The notes under the pieces were generated by a model that was not told where the DNA came from, made no database searches, and worked only from the letters and a program-made list of their open reading frames with translations. A stretch of 64,000 nucleotides of DNA from Bacillota bacterium (GTDB lineage Bacteria > Bacillota > Clostridia > DSM-8532), in assembly GCA_023415205.1 (NCBI GenBank), contig JAEZLR010000029.1, positions 158,170 to 222,169 of the forward strand, given 5' to 3'. Below are positions 42,425 to 52,954 of this stretch, one piece after another; positions within the stretch are counted from its first letter, which is position 1, and every line of letters begins with the position of its first letter. Made by a program: the position numbers and the translations under genes.

Positions 42425-44176
42425 TTAATTGATGATTGCTCCCGACACCCCTCTGAGTTTTATGATAAGCTTTCCATCAACCTTTGCAAAGGAGTTTTCA
42501 CCAAGAATATCCCGAGCGTCCTTCTTGCCACTCTCCATTGGGATTTCAGCGATACAATCATTTTCGCCATTATTGATGGCAATGATGAGAGCATCCTCCC
42601 CCTGTCCTCTCTTAAAGACATAAAGCTCTTTAGCATTATCGGTCAAGAGGGTGGTATAGCCTCCTTGAAGGGCCTTCTTATGGGTCTTGCGAATACTGAT
42701 CAAGGCTTTATAGTAGCTGAGCATGTCTCGGCTCCTGGCATCGTCCTCCCATAGCATAGGCCTTCTGTACTCTGCCTCGGTAAAGCCTGATAAGCCCTTT
42801 TCATCGCCATAGTATATAGAGGGAATCCCCACATGCATCAGGTGATAGAGCGCCGCAATTTTAAGCCTCCTCAAATCACCTCCCGCCTCCGATAAAAAGC
42901 GGGGGACATCGTGGCTGTCGATGAGGTTCATAAGGCTTTCCTGAATGGGCTTTCGATAACGCATGAGAAGTGTGTTTATCTTGGCGTCAAACTGAGAGAC
43001 CGTAATCTTTCTCTTGGCAAAAAAGTCCACACAGGCATATTTGAAATTATAATTCATCAAAGAATCAAATTGATCCCCTTGGACCCATGGCTTGGCATCA
43101 TCCCAGATCTCCCCGATGAGGAAAATATCGGGTTTAATAGCTTTAACAGCCTTTTTAAGCTCCCTCCAGAACTCAAAATTCACTTCGTTGGCCACATCAA
43201 ACCGCCAGCCATCTATATCAAATTCCTTAATCCAGTAAACAGCCACATCAATGAAGTATTTCATGACCTCGGGATGACTGGTGTTGAGCTTGGGCATGGT
43301 TTCCACATAAGCAAAGCACTCATAGTTGGGGTTGGGGCCCACCGACACAGGATAACTATAAATATTATAATACCAGTCCTTATAACTGGATGCCTCACCC
43401 ATTTCAATAATGTCTCGGAAAGCAAAGAAATCCGGGCCTGAGTGATTGAAAACAGCATCAAGAATCACTCGTATCCCTTTTTCATGAGCCTTTTCCACCA
43501 ATTCCTTAAAGTCGTCATTATCTCCGAAGCAAGGGTCTATAGTGTAATAATCAATGGTATCATATTTATGCCAGGAGTTGGAGGCAAAAACAGGCGTCAT
43601 ATAAATACAGTCAACACCCAAATCCTGCAAGTAATCCAGATTCTCAATAACCCCCTTAAGGGTGCCGCCATTGATGCTGCTGCTTCTGATGTCCCCGTCC
43701 AAGTCAAGCTGTTGCCCTTTTTGGGAGATATACCTTCTGGAGGTTGCAAAGCTGTCAGGAAAGATCTGATAGATGGTAGCCTCCTTAGCCCATTGGGGTA
43801 CCTTCACAATATCCTCCCGGCGGATATGGTGGAAGGTGAAGTACATCTGGCGATCAGGATTCAGTGTGGTGTGAAAATCATTGTCATAATAATAAAGCGT
43901 CTCAAGGCCGTCGGATAGAACAAAATAGTAGCATATCCGCGTGTAGGGGGTTTCAAAAACGGTTTCAAAATAATCAAAGAATCTGTCCGAGGCTACCTTG
44001 TGCATAACATGGTTGCTTGTGTGAATAGGATTGTACGGGCACATACGATCACCCACAAAGGCTGTGCATTCCCTAAGGTCTCCTTTTTTTGCCCTGAGCC
44101 TTAGAACAATCTCGTTTTCCTTTAGGGCATAGCTGTATTCGGAATAGGTTGCATGGTAAATTGCTTCAAGATTCAT
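42425..44176 (-). CDS. GH13 neopullulanase / cyclomaltodextrinase / maltogenic amylase-type alpha-glycosidase (intracellular)
   Basis: N-terminal CDase-type domain, GH13 regions (DAVFNH, GWRFDVANE, EIWD, IDSHD), no signal peptide. Confidence 0.88.
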   Translation of the reverse strand: MNLEAIYHATYSEYSYALKENEIVLRLRAKKGDLRECTAFVGDRMCPYNPIHTSNHVMHKVASDRFFDYFETVFETPYTRICYYFVLSDGLETLYYYDNDFHTTLNPDRQMYFTFHHIRREDIVKVPQWAKEATIYQIFPDSFATSRRYISQKGQQLDLDGDIRSSSINGGTLKGVIENLDYLQDLGVDCIYMTPVFASNSWHKYDTIDYYTIDPCFGDNDDFKELVEKAHEKGIRVILDAVFNHSGPDFFAFRDIIEMGEASSYKDWYYNIYSYPVSVGPNPNYECFAYVETMPKLNTSHPEVMKYFIDVAVYWIKEFDIDGWRFDVANEVNFEFWRELKKAVKAIKPDIFLIGEIWDDAKPWVQGDQFDSLMNYNFKYACVDFFAKRKITVSQFDAKINTLLMRYRKPIQESLMNLIDSHDVPRFLSEAGGDLRRLKIAALYHLMHVGIPSIYYGDEKGLSGFTEAEYRRPMLWEDDARSRDMLSYYKALISIRKTHKKALQGGYTTLLTDNAKELYVFKRGQGEDALIIAINNGENDCIAEIPMESGKKDARDILGENSFAKVDGKLIIKLRGVSGAIIN

Positions 44177-44260
44177 AAAAGCTCTCCTTCCGTTTTTGGA
44201 ATGCTTATTAAAGACCTATTTTCAAAAGCTAGGGGATAGGATAAAATAGAATGACGGTTT

Positions 44261-44274
44261 GTTAACCGGTTAAC
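44261..44274. promoter_or_regulatory. Perfect 14-bp palindrome GTTAACCGGTTAAC, candidate LacI-family operator in divergent GH13 promoter region
   Basis: Exact inverted repeat with central CCGG (CG core typical of LacI-family operators); abuts a TTGACT -35-like hexamer. Confidence 0.5.
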
Positions 44275-44478
44275 TTGACTATATCATGGCTAAAAAGGTG
44301 TGTCAATGCGAAGACTTTGGAACTTTCATTTATCCATTGAGTACTTGTTCATGAGGGAAAACAAAGCCAGGGCTAAGAAGACCTTTCTTTTTGGTGCATA
44401 TGATAAGTATGTTCACCGACCTTTATGGTAAAATATTAACCATAGGATCAACATTTGAGGGTGCTTGGGAGAGAAAGT

Positions 44479-47013
44479 ATGCTGCGAATCCACTATTATC
44501 GTTACGATCAGGACTATACGGGATGGGACCTCTGGGTTTGGGAAAAAGGCCGGGAAGGCTCTCCTTATATGTTTCATTATCAGGAATATTTGAACGGGGA
44601 GGCTCAGAAGGCAGCGAAAGTTGCCGAAATAGACCTTTCGGGATTTGAGGGCCGTGAATTGGGAGTTATTGTGCGCCGGGGCGGCTGGCATGAACGAGAT
44701 CTCTACGTGGATCGTTATTTCACACTCCCCAAAGACTGTACGTCCTGTGACATCTATCTGGTGCAGGATACCGCCGATGTCTACGTCTCAGAAAGCCAGC
44801 TCTGCCTTTCACCGGGCTTTGAATCCGCCATATTCGAGAACTTTCGGGAAATTTTCATTCGCCTTCAGGCCTCCGCTCAGTTCGGTCATGATATCGAACC
44901 CTTTCAGGTGTTTGAGGATGGTCTTGAAATTCCTGTCCGCCATGTGACCGCCACCCGTGGAAACCGGGAATTTGTCATTTCTCTTGAGCGGGATATGATC
45001 CCGGGAAGCACCTATATGATATATAAACCGGGCTTCCGTATGGGTGCCGTGGCCTACGGCATGATCTTTGACACCCCTGAATTTGAGAGTAAATTTACCT
45101 ACGAGGGGGAGGACTTAGGCTGTACCTATACTCCCGATTATTCCACCTTCAAGGTCTGGGCGCCCACCGCTTCGGCAATGTTTCTGAACCTTTATGATTC
45201 CGGAATGGGGCCAACCCTGAGGGATGTCTTTGAAATGCACCGCGGTGAGAATGGCGTTTGGTCACTCAATGCTATGGGCGACCTGTCGGGCACTTATTAC
45301 ACCTACAGTGTCATGGTCATGGGTAAAACCTTGGAGGCTGCTGATCCCTATGCCCGCTCTTCAGGCGTCAACGGCCGGAGAAGCATGGTTGTGGATGTCA
45401 ACCAAACTCAGCCCCAGGGCTGGGAGAACCTGACCCATTATCATCTGGAGAATCCCACCGATGCCGTGCTCTACGAAGTTTCTGTACGGGATATTACCAT
45501 CCATGAGAGCTCCGGTGTAGTCAACAGGGGGAAATATCTGGGCCTTGCCCAAAAGGATACCCGGTCTCCCCAGAATATGCCCACCGGCCTCTCCCACTTG
45601 CAGGACCTCGGCATCACCCATGTTCATCTCATGCCGGTGTTCGATTTCTTCACCATTGATGAGACCAAGCCTTTGGAAAACCAGTACAACTGGGGTTATG
45701 ATCCCACCAATTTTAACGTACCAGAAGGCTCCTATGCCAGCGATCCCTATGATGGATATGCCCGGGTCAGAGAGCTCAAAGAGATGATTATGGCCATCAA
45801 ATCCCATGGGATGGGTGTTGTGATGGATATGGTATACAACCACACCTTTAAATCCGCAGATTCGGATTTCAATAAGCTGGTACCGGGCTATTACTACCGC
45901 ACCGACCGCTTCTGCAATTTTTCCGATGGCTCCGGCTGCGGTAATGAAACTGCCTCAGAGCGTTCCATGGTGAGCCGCTTCATGCTTACCTCGGTCAAGC
46001 GCTGGGCTGACGAATACATGGTTGACGGCTTCAGATTTGATCTGATGGCGCTTCATGATATTGACACCATGAATGAAATACGCCGGGAGCTTGATGGAAT
46101 CAGCCCGTCCCTTCTCCTTTACGGGGAGGGCTGGACGGGAGGACACTCCCTCCTTGACAGCCGTGAGGCTGCCTTTAAAACCAACGCTCCCAAGCTTAAC
46201 AGGATTGCTTTTTTTAATGACAATACCCGGGACGCCATTAAAGGCGATGCCTTCCACTCCCACGATATAGGCTTCATCTCAGGTAGCACCAAGTCCAAGG
46301 AGGGCGTCAAATTCGGCGTTGTAGGGGCCATTTATCATCACGGGGTGGATTATACCCGAGTAAATTATTCAGGCTTTGCCTGGGCCAGCTATGCGTGGCA
46401 TTGCGTCAATTACACTGCAGCGCATGACAACCTGACCCTTTACGACAAGCTTCTGGCCTCCCGCCCTGATTTATCTACGGAGGATCATGAACGGCTGGTG
46501 AAGCTTGCAGCCGCCATTGTGCTCACCTCCCAGGGAATTCCCTTCTTCATGCTGGGCATTGACATGATGCGGTCAAAAAAAGGGGAGCACAATTCCTATA
46601 ATTCTCCCGACGACATCAACCAAATTGACTGGTCCTTGAAAGCTCAGCATGAGAAGGTCTTCAATTACCACAAGGGCCTGATTGCCTTACGAAAGGCCCA
46701 CCCTGCCTTTCGTATGGTTCTGGCTGAAGAAATCCGCCGCAATTTGACTTTCTATCCTACCAAGGATTGGGTGGTTACCTTCTCCCTCAATAATTACGCT
46801 AACAATGACCCGTGGGAGACCATCTTTGTAGCCTATAATGCGGGAATGGGCCCTGAGGACGTGGATCTGCCCTTTTCGGGAACCTGGCAGGTGGTTGTGG
46901 ATGAAAATCACGCAGGAAATGATAGCTTGTATCCTCTTACGGGCTCCCAGATTACCCTACCCCAAAGGTCGGCCATGGTTCTTTATTGGGATTCATCCCT
47001 TCAGGGCGATTAA
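44479..47013 (+). CDS. pulA: type I pullulanase (GH13_14, AmyX-like, intracellular)
   Basis: N-terminal CBM41/48-like domains, YNWGYDP motif, GH13 catalytic regions (GFRFDLM, EGW, AHDN); ATG 44479 with GGGAGAG RBS. Confidence 0.9.
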   Translation: MLRIHYYRYDQDYTGWDLWVWEKGREGSPYMFHYQEYLNGEAQKAAKVAEIDLSGFEGRELGVIVRRGGWHERDLYVDRYFTLPKDCTSCDIYLVQDTADVYVSESQLCLSPGFESAIFENFREIFIRLQASAQFGHDIEPFQVFEDGLEIPVRHVTATRGNREFVISLERDMIPGSTYMIYKPGFRMGAVAYGMIFDTPEFESKFTYEGEDLGCTYTPDYSTFKVWAPTASAMFLNLYDSGMGPTLRDVFEMHRGENGVWSLNAMGDLSGTYYTYSVMVMGKTLEAADPYARSSGVNGRRSMVVDVNQTQPQGWENLTHYHLENPTDAVLYEVSVRDITIHESSGVVNRGKYLGLAQKDTRSPQNMPTGLSHLQDLGITHVHLMPVFDFFTIDETKPLENQYNWGYDPTNFNVPEGSYASDPYDGYARVRELKEMIMAIKSHGMGVVMDMVYNHTFKSADSDFNKLVPGYYYRTDRFCNFSDGSGCGNETASERSMVSRFMLTSVKRWADEYMVDGFRFDLMALHDIDTMNEIRRELDGISPSLLLYGEGWTGGHSLLDSREAAFKTNAPKLNRIAFFNDNTRDAIKGDAFHSHDIGFISGSTKSKEGVKFGVVGAIYHHGVDYTRVNYSGFAWASYAWHCVNYTAAHDNLTLYDKLLASRPDLSTEDHERLVKLAAAIVLTSQGIPFFMLGIDMMRSKKGEHNSYNSPDDINQIDWSLKAQHEKVFNYHKGLIALRKAHPAFRMVLAEEIRRNLTFYPTKDWVVTFSLNNYANNDPWETIFVAYNAGMGPEDVDLPFSGTWQVVVDENHAGNDSLYPLTGSQITLPQRSAMVLYWDSSLQGD

Positions 47014-47132
47014 AAACCGCTCCTAACAGCCTTTCCCCTCGTTCCTTTGAATTCCATCTGGCTAAAGGGAAGGACAAGTGATAAGATATTCTTTAAATAT
47101 AGATCTACGCTTGTACGAGGAGATAAAAGCTA

Positions 47133-48743
47133 ATGAAAAACAGTAATTTCATTCTTTACCTTACTTCCTTCCTATCAGGCATGACCGTAATGGCTGTTGA
47201 GCTTTCCTGCTCCAGACTTCTGGCCCCCTACTTCAGTTCCTCACAAATCGTGTGGACGGTTATCATCGGCCTCATTATGATCTGCCTAAGCATTGGAAAC
47301 GTACTGGGTGGCCGCAGCGCAGACAAGCATAAAAGTCTTAACCGCATCTATTTCTATATATGGATTGCCTCTCTCTGGATTGCACTGATCCCCTTCGTTG
47401 GAAAATATCTGATTGCAGGTATTACCGGCCTTTTAGTCTTACTTCTCCCCGGCGGTCAGTTGGTTCTGACCGGTTCGGCCATCTCCTGTCTGGTCATCTT
47501 TTCCCTTCCCATGATCTTTCTGGGCATGGTTCCGCCTTATCTGGTCAAGCTGGGCATCAAGGATATGGAGAGCAGCGGCAAGATAACCGGCCAGATCGAA
47601 GCTCTGGGTACCATCGGAAGTATTGTAGGCACCTTTGTGCCCACCTTCTTCACCATCCCTACCATCGGCACCGGGAAGACCTTTTTACTCTTTGCCTTGA
47701 TACTGAATATTATTTGTGCCCTTTATTTTCTTCTTTTCAGAAAAAATGCCCTCAGAAACACGGTAACTGCCGCAATTATTCTTGTTATGCTCTTTCTTCC
47801 CATTACGGACTCCTTTGCCTTTTGGAAAACCGGCCTGGTGTATGAGGGCCAATCCCTTTACAACTACCTGCAGGTAGAGGAGAATGAGGATTCGGTCATC
47901 CTTTCCACCAATGTGGCCTTTGGCGTACAATCCATTTATAAAAAGGATGGTTCACTGTCAGGCTATTACTATGAATATGCCTTGATGGCTCCTTACTTCT
48001 TAAAGGATATGTCCGCCCAAAAACACCTGGATGTCCTCGTTCTGGGGCTCGGTACGGGCACTTTCCCCAAGCAGCTTAAAAAATACATCCCTGACACCTC
48101 CACCGATGCGGTGGAGATTGATGAGAAAATAGCTGATCTGGCGGCCACCCATTTCAATTTACAAAAAGATGAGGCCAATGTTTTCATCAATGACGGGCGA
48201 AGCTTCCTCTCCACGCCCGATGCCAAACAATATGACATTATACTGGCCGATGCCTATCAGGATATTACCGTCCCCTTCCATATGTCCTCCCAGGAATTTT
48301 TCAAAGAGATCAAAAGCCACCTTAAGCCCGGAGGGGTTCTGGTTGTGAATGTTAATATGAGATCCGGGGAGTTCACAGGGGTGCCCGAATATCTGTCCAA
48401 TACCGTAAAGAGCATTTTCAATAAAGTCTATCGGGTGGATTTGGATGTTGTTACAAACTCCCTTCTCTTTGCCAGCGACGACCCTGAAATTATGGCAAAC
48501 TACCATGCAAACACAGGGGCTTTAATAAGTGAAGACCATGATCTTCGTCATATCTCGGAGTATGTAGGGAAAAACATGCAGGAAATGACAGAAGCAAGGC
48601 TCATCCTGACTGACGACCTTGCTCCTGTGGATATACTCGGGCAGCGTGCCCTTAATGAAATAGTCAATAATGAAATGTCCTATGTTCGTACCCAACTCAA
48701 GGGTAAAAGTCTAAAGGAAATTCTTGAATACCTGACCAACTAA
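47133..48743 (+). CDS. spermidine synthase-family (aminopropyltransferase-like) protein fused to N-terminal polytopic membrane domain
   Basis: ~220-aa N-terminal multi-TM region followed by SpeE-like Rossmann methyltransferase fold (VLVLGLGTGT, D-A-Y motif context). Confidence 0.65.
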   Translation: MKNSNFILYLTSFLSGMTVMAVELSCSRLLAPYFSSSQIVWTVIIGLIMICLSIGNVLGGRSADKHKSLNRIYFYIWIASLWIALIPFVGKYLIAGITGLLVLLLPGGQLVLTGSAISCLVIFSLPMIFLGMVPPYLVKLGIKDMESSGKITGQIEALGTIGSIVGTFVPTFFTIPTIGTGKTFLLFALILNIICALYFLLFRKNALRNTVTAAIILVMLFLPITDSFAFWKTGLVYEGQSLYNYLQVEENEDSVILSTNVAFGVQSIYKKDGSLSGYYYEYALMAPYFLKDMSAQKHLDVLVLGLGTGTFPKQLKKYIPDTSTDAVEIDEKIADLAATHFNLQKDEANVFINDGRSFLSTPDAKQYDIILADAYQDITVPFHMSSQEFFKEIKSHLKPGGVLVVNVNMRSGEFTGVPEYLSNTVKSIFNKVYRVDLDVVTNSLLFASDDPEIMANYHANTGALISEDHDLRHISEYVGKNMQEMTEARLILTDDLAPVDILGQRALNEIVNNEMSYVRTQLKGKSLKEILEYLTN

Positions 48744-50500
48744 TGATTCTCTAAGCCATTGGTGGTATAGACCATGCCGGTGGCGGCATCCATGGTCACG
48801 GTTGTTCCGCTTCTCAGCACCTCGGTGGCATGCTCCGCCCCGCATATCACGGGGATGTCCAAGCTTAGGCCTACAATGGCCGCATGGGATGTGATATCCC
48901 CTTTTTCAGTAATGATCCCCTTGGCTCTGCGTAAGAGGCTCATGAGCTTGTTGGAGGTTTCGGGAATCACCAAAATCTCTCCTCCGTTAAAGCTGGTCAT
49001 GGCCTCTTCTTCATTATGGCAGACACAGAGGGTCCCCACCACTGACTTTTGAGTAACCCCGATACCCCGGGTGAGAATATTTCCCACAATATGAACCTTG
49101 AGAATATTGGTCATGCCAGGAATCCCTATCGGTAAACCCGCGGTAAGCACCACCAGGTCACCGCTTTTTACAATACCGGTTTCCACAGCCTTTTCCACGG
49201 CATGCTCAAAGAGTTCGTCACTGCTTTGTTTTTCCTCAAACAGCACGGGAATAATACCCCAGGACATGGCGAGCTGGCGATAGGCCTTCTCGTTGGTCGT
49301 ACAACCGATAATGGGACATTCCGGGCGGTATTTGGAAATCATCCTCGCCGTACTTCCTGTTTTGGTTACGGTGATGATGGCCGTGGCGTCCAGGTCATGG
49401 GCGGTGGTACAAGTGGCATGGCTAATGGCGTTGGTCACATTGGAGGTGGATTCCTCCAGCTCCATATGGCGAAAACGCTTCTTATAATGAATGGCTGATT
49501 CGGTGCTCATGGCAATCTTTGCCATGGTACGGACGCTTTCTAGGGGGTATTTTCCAATGGAGGTTTCTCCCGAGAGCATAATGGCGCTGGTTCCGTCGTA
49601 AATGGCATTGGCTACGTCGCTGATTTCCGCACGGGTGGGCCTGGGCTTTGAAATCATAGAATCCAGCATCTGGGTTGCCGTGATGCTCTTTTTACCGTGT
49701 ACCATGGACTTCTTGATCAGCATCTTCTGGATACGTGGCAGTTCATTATAGTCAATCTCAACGCCCATGTCACCCCGGGCTACCATGATCCCGTCACTCG
49801 CCATGAGAATCTCGTCAATATTGTCCACACCCTCGCAGTTTTCGATCTTGGCAATAATATGAATATCCTGCCCGCCATGATCCTCCAAAAGCCTACGGAT
49901 ATCAATGATATCGGTGGCCGTCCGGGTAAAGGAGGCGGCAATATAATCAAAACCGTGCTCGATGGCAAACAGGATATCATCTATATCCTTTTGGGATAGA
50001 TAGGGCATATCCAATTTAACCCCCGGCACATTCAGACTCTTTTTATTCTTAATGATACCGCTGTTCATCACCTTGCAGATAATCTCGGTATCGCTGAAGT
50101 CCTGAACCTTAAGCTCCACCAGACCATCATCAATAAGAATCCTTGTTCCTCTTCCTACAACCTGGGGAAGGTTCTTATAGGAGACTGAGACCCTTTCATT
50201 GTTGCCCAGACACTCTTCTGTGGTTAGGGTAAACCGATCATTGGCATTGAGCTCCGCCCCGCCCTTTTCAAAAACACCCAACCTTATTTCAGGCCCCTTG
50301 GTATCTAGAAGAAGTGCCACGGGCTTTTTCATTTCATCCCGGACTTTCTTAAGCGTAATTACCCGCTTTAAATGCTCTTCATGGCTGCCATGGGAAAAAT
50401 TCAGACGGGCTACATCCATGCCCTCCAGAATGAGACTCCTCATGATGTTTTCGTCGTCAACCGCCGGACCCAGTGTACAGATAATTTTCGTTTTCCTCAT
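48740..50500 (-). CDS. pyk: pyruvate kinase with C-terminal PEP-utilising-enzyme mobile domain
   Basis: RKTKIICTLGP N-terminus, PK barrel and C-terminal ~100-aa PEP-utilizers domain (GGxTSHAAIV-like 'GDITSHAAIVG'). Confidence 0.93.
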   Translation of the reverse strand: MRKTKIICTLGPAVDDENIMRSLILEGMDVARLNFSHGSHEEHLKRVITLKKVRDEMKKPVALLLDTKGPEIRLGVFEKGGAELNANDRFTLTTEECLGNNERVSVSYKNLPQVVGRGTRILIDDGLVELKVQDFSDTEIICKVMNSGIIKNKKSLNVPGVKLDMPYLSQKDIDDILFAIEHGFDYIAASFTRTATDIIDIRRLLEDHGGQDIHIIAKIENCEGVDNIDEILMASDGIMVARGDMGVEIDYNELPRIQKMLIKKSMVHGKKSITATQMLDSMISKPRPTRAEISDVANAIYDGTSAIMLSGETSIGKYPLESVRTMAKIAMSTESAIHYKKRFRHMELEESTSNVTNAISHATCTTAHDLDATAIITVTKTGSTARMISKYRPECPIIGCTTNEKAYRQLAMSWGIIPVLFEEKQSSDELFEHAVEKAVETGIVKSGDLVVLTAGLPIGIPGMTNILKVHIVGNILTRGIGVTQKSVVGTLCVCHNEEEAMTSFNGGEILVIPETSNKLMSLLRRAKGIITEKGDITSHAAIVGLSLDIPVICGAEHATEVLRSGTTVTMDAATGMVYTTNGLENH

Positions 50501-50633
50501 CTATTCAAAACCTTTCTGCTAATTTAACAATACTTAGGCAGAACTCGCTAAAAATCAATGTTTGTACGTGTTTAAAGGATATTCTACCACCATTATATAG
50601 CCATTTTAATTTAAACATTAGTCCCTGTTAAAG

Positions 50634-52640
50634 TCAATGAAAACTGGATGTTGCTTCATAGGGTAAAACATCCTCAGTCAGAGCACGGAGGATTTCGCCC
50701 ACACTCCAGGCCTGGGCATAGCAGCCTCGGGGAACAATGGGCTCATTACCATCAAATATCTCCGCAACAGAGCCCAGACACCCATCCCGTAAATGGTCGG
50801 AGATGGGCTCCAGAAGCCTTCTGGCCATAGCTACACTCTCGGGGCTGTGATTGTGCACCTTGGTGTAGGCGGATATAAAGCCCCCCAAAGGAAAGGCCCA
50901 AACCGTCCCCTGGTGATAGGCACCATCACGGGCCATTAACCGACCCTTGTAAACCCCCTTGTATTCGGGATCCAGGGGGGAAAGGCTTCTCAGTCCATAG
51001 GTGGCATAAAGGTGTGCATAAACGGTTTCAACCACCTTGATTTCTTTCTCCCTGGGCAGCATGGTATGGGGAAGGGAGACCGCCCAAATCTGATTGGGTC
51101 GTATTTTCCCGTCCTTTTCATCCACTACGTCATAAAGGCAGCCTGATTCCTCATTCCAGAACTTTTGGTTAAAGGCTTCCTTTACCCTTTCTGCCAGATG
51201 TCCATAGGGCTTGGCATCCTCGTTAAAGCGCCCTGCCAGTTCTTCCATTACCCTCAAGGCATTATACCATAAGGCGTTGATCTCCACCGGCTTGCCATGG
51301 CGGGGGGTAACCACCCAATCATTCACCCTCACATCCATCCAGGTCACCTGGTCAAGCCCAGAGCCTGCGTGTATAAGACCATCCGAATCCATATGGATGG
51401 AGAAATCCGTTCCTTTTTGATAAGCAGCAATAATCTCCTTAAGGCAGGGATAAATCTCCTGTCTTATAAAGTCCAGGGCCTCCCGGGATTTGCTATAGGT
51501 GAGATAGCGCTCTACGGCATAGAAATACCACAAGGAGGCATCCACCGTATTATATAAGGGTTCCTGTCCACGGTCGGGAAACATGTTGGGAACCAATCCA
51601 TTCTTTACGTAAAGGGCAAAGGTTTTCAGTATCTCTTTACAGTCGTCAAAGCGTTTGGTAGATAGGGTGAGACCTGTCAGGGCAATCATGGTATCCCTGC
51701 CCCAGTCAGCAAACCAGGGCAGTCCGGCCAGGACAGTTTTTAGACCCGTGGACTGCCTGGCCACGATGAATTGGTCGGCGGCTTGTACCAGAGCTTCTGC
51801 CAGTTTGTCCTGATAACCTGCCCGTGCCTTTAGCCCTCTGATTCTTTCTCTGGCCCCATGGATCATGTCAAAGGCATCCCTCCGGGCATAATCCTGTAAG
51901 CCATCCTCGTCAATGGTGCAAATGACAGATAATTTAAGCTTCTCGTAGGGCTTAAGGGATAGGAGGATATCGTAGGGTGTAAAGTGGTTATCAATAGCGG
52001 ACATCCCCGTTTCAATCTCAGTGACATATTCCATATCCCGCTCATAAACCTCCTGGCGGGGTACGGCCCGGCCATGGCTGAATAAAAAGGAAATGGAAAC
52101 TTCCTTATTTTTATGCGGAATAAGGCGAATACGTCTGTCTTCTACAGAATGCTCAAAGAGAAGATCCGCCCGTTCGCTGACCTCCCCGTGATCCCGCCAG
52201 TTGAACAAGGGCGTGAGCTTAAGCTCACAGGCCCGGCTTCCGTTAAATATCTCATAGCCAAGGGCACAGGTGTTTTTTCCGTATTCAAGGGCGAAGGTTT
52301 TGGTAAGATAAACATCCTCTGCCTGATAGATAAAGGTTGGAAGCTCATCATAGATCATGCGTTGTAGATGAAGATAACCGTCCGTGGTCCATCCCGGCTG
52401 TCTGTTGGCATAGAGGAGCAGGGTTTTACCCCCCAGAGTCAGTTCCTCATGAATCTTGGACAGCACCAAAAAACGATCCACCGGGGGATGGAGGCTTGCA
52501 ATCAACAAACCCTGATGCTTCCGGTTATGAGCCCCGACCAGAGAGCTTCCCCCATAACCTCCCAAGCCGTTGGTCACCACCCATTCCTTTCTTAATGCTT
52601 CATCCAAGCTTCTCCAATAGCCCTTGCCAAATTCCATCAT
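50634..52640 (-). CDS. glycogen debranching enzyme, amylo-alpha-1,6-glucosidase type (GDE_C / GH133-like)
   Basis: N-terminal GDE_N-like and C-terminal (alpha/alpha)6 barrel with conserved acidic residues typical of archaeal-type glycogen debranching proteins. Confidence 0.75.
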   Translation of the reverse strand: MMEFGKGYWRSLDEALRKEWVVTNGLGGYGGSSLVGAHNRKHQGLLIASLHPPVDRFLVLSKIHEELTLGGKTLLLYANRQPGWTTDGYLHLQRMIYDELPTFIYQAEDVYLTKTFALEYGKNTCALGYEIFNGSRACELKLTPLFNWRDHGEVSERADLLFEHSVEDRRIRLIPHKNKEVSISFLFSHGRAVPRQEVYERDMEYVTEIETGMSAIDNHFTPYDILLSLKPYEKLKLSVICTIDEDGLQDYARRDAFDMIHGARERIRGLKARAGYQDKLAEALVQAADQFIVARQSTGLKTVLAGLPWFADWGRDTMIALTGLTLSTKRFDDCKEILKTFALYVKNGLVPNMFPDRGQEPLYNTVDASLWYFYAVERYLTYSKSREALDFIRQEIYPCLKEIIAAYQKGTDFSIHMDSDGLIHAGSGLDQVTWMDVRVNDWVVTPRHGKPVEINALWYNALRVMEELAGRFNEDAKPYGHLAERVKEAFNQKFWNEESGCLYDVVDEKDGKIRPNQIWAVSLPHTMLPREKEIKVVETVYAHLYATYGLRSLSPLDPEYKGVYKGRLMARDGAYHQGTVWAFPLGGFISAYTKVHNHSPESVAMARRLLEPISDHLRDGCLGSVAEIFDGNEPIVPRGCYAQAWSVGEILRALTEDVLPYEATSSFH

Positions 52641-52804
52641 TCAATTACCTTCCATAAGCATATTTCTACATAAACGGGTGGTAGGCACTTCGGATGAGCT
52701 TTTGGAATATTCTAAAGTAAAAGCTCTTCCCTTTAACCTTGCACACCGCCTCTAACAGAAGAAGTTGCGTTAAATTGACTAAAAAAGAAGTGACCGGAGG
52801 GCCT

Positions 52805-52954
52805 ATGATCAACCGTCCGTTTTTCGTTCCGAATTTTGATTGCAACAGACTTTCTCTGATATGCGCCATTTTGTTGTGTGCACGAGACTTTATCTTCATC
52901 CTCATCGCCTACCAGAAGTTCTGCGATGATGCGGCTAAAAAAGAAAGGCTCTAA
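52805..52954 (+). CDS. candidate small hydrophobic peptide, 49 aa (MINRPFFVPNFDCNRLSLICAILLCARDFIFILIAYQKFCDDAAKKERL)
   Basis: ATG preceded by GGAGGG (short 3-4 nt spacing); one predicted hydrophobic helix and charged C-terminal tail; in 315-nt intergenic gap. Confidence 0.25.
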   Translation: MINRPFFVPNFDCNRLSLICAILLCARDFIFILIAYQKFCDDAAKKERL

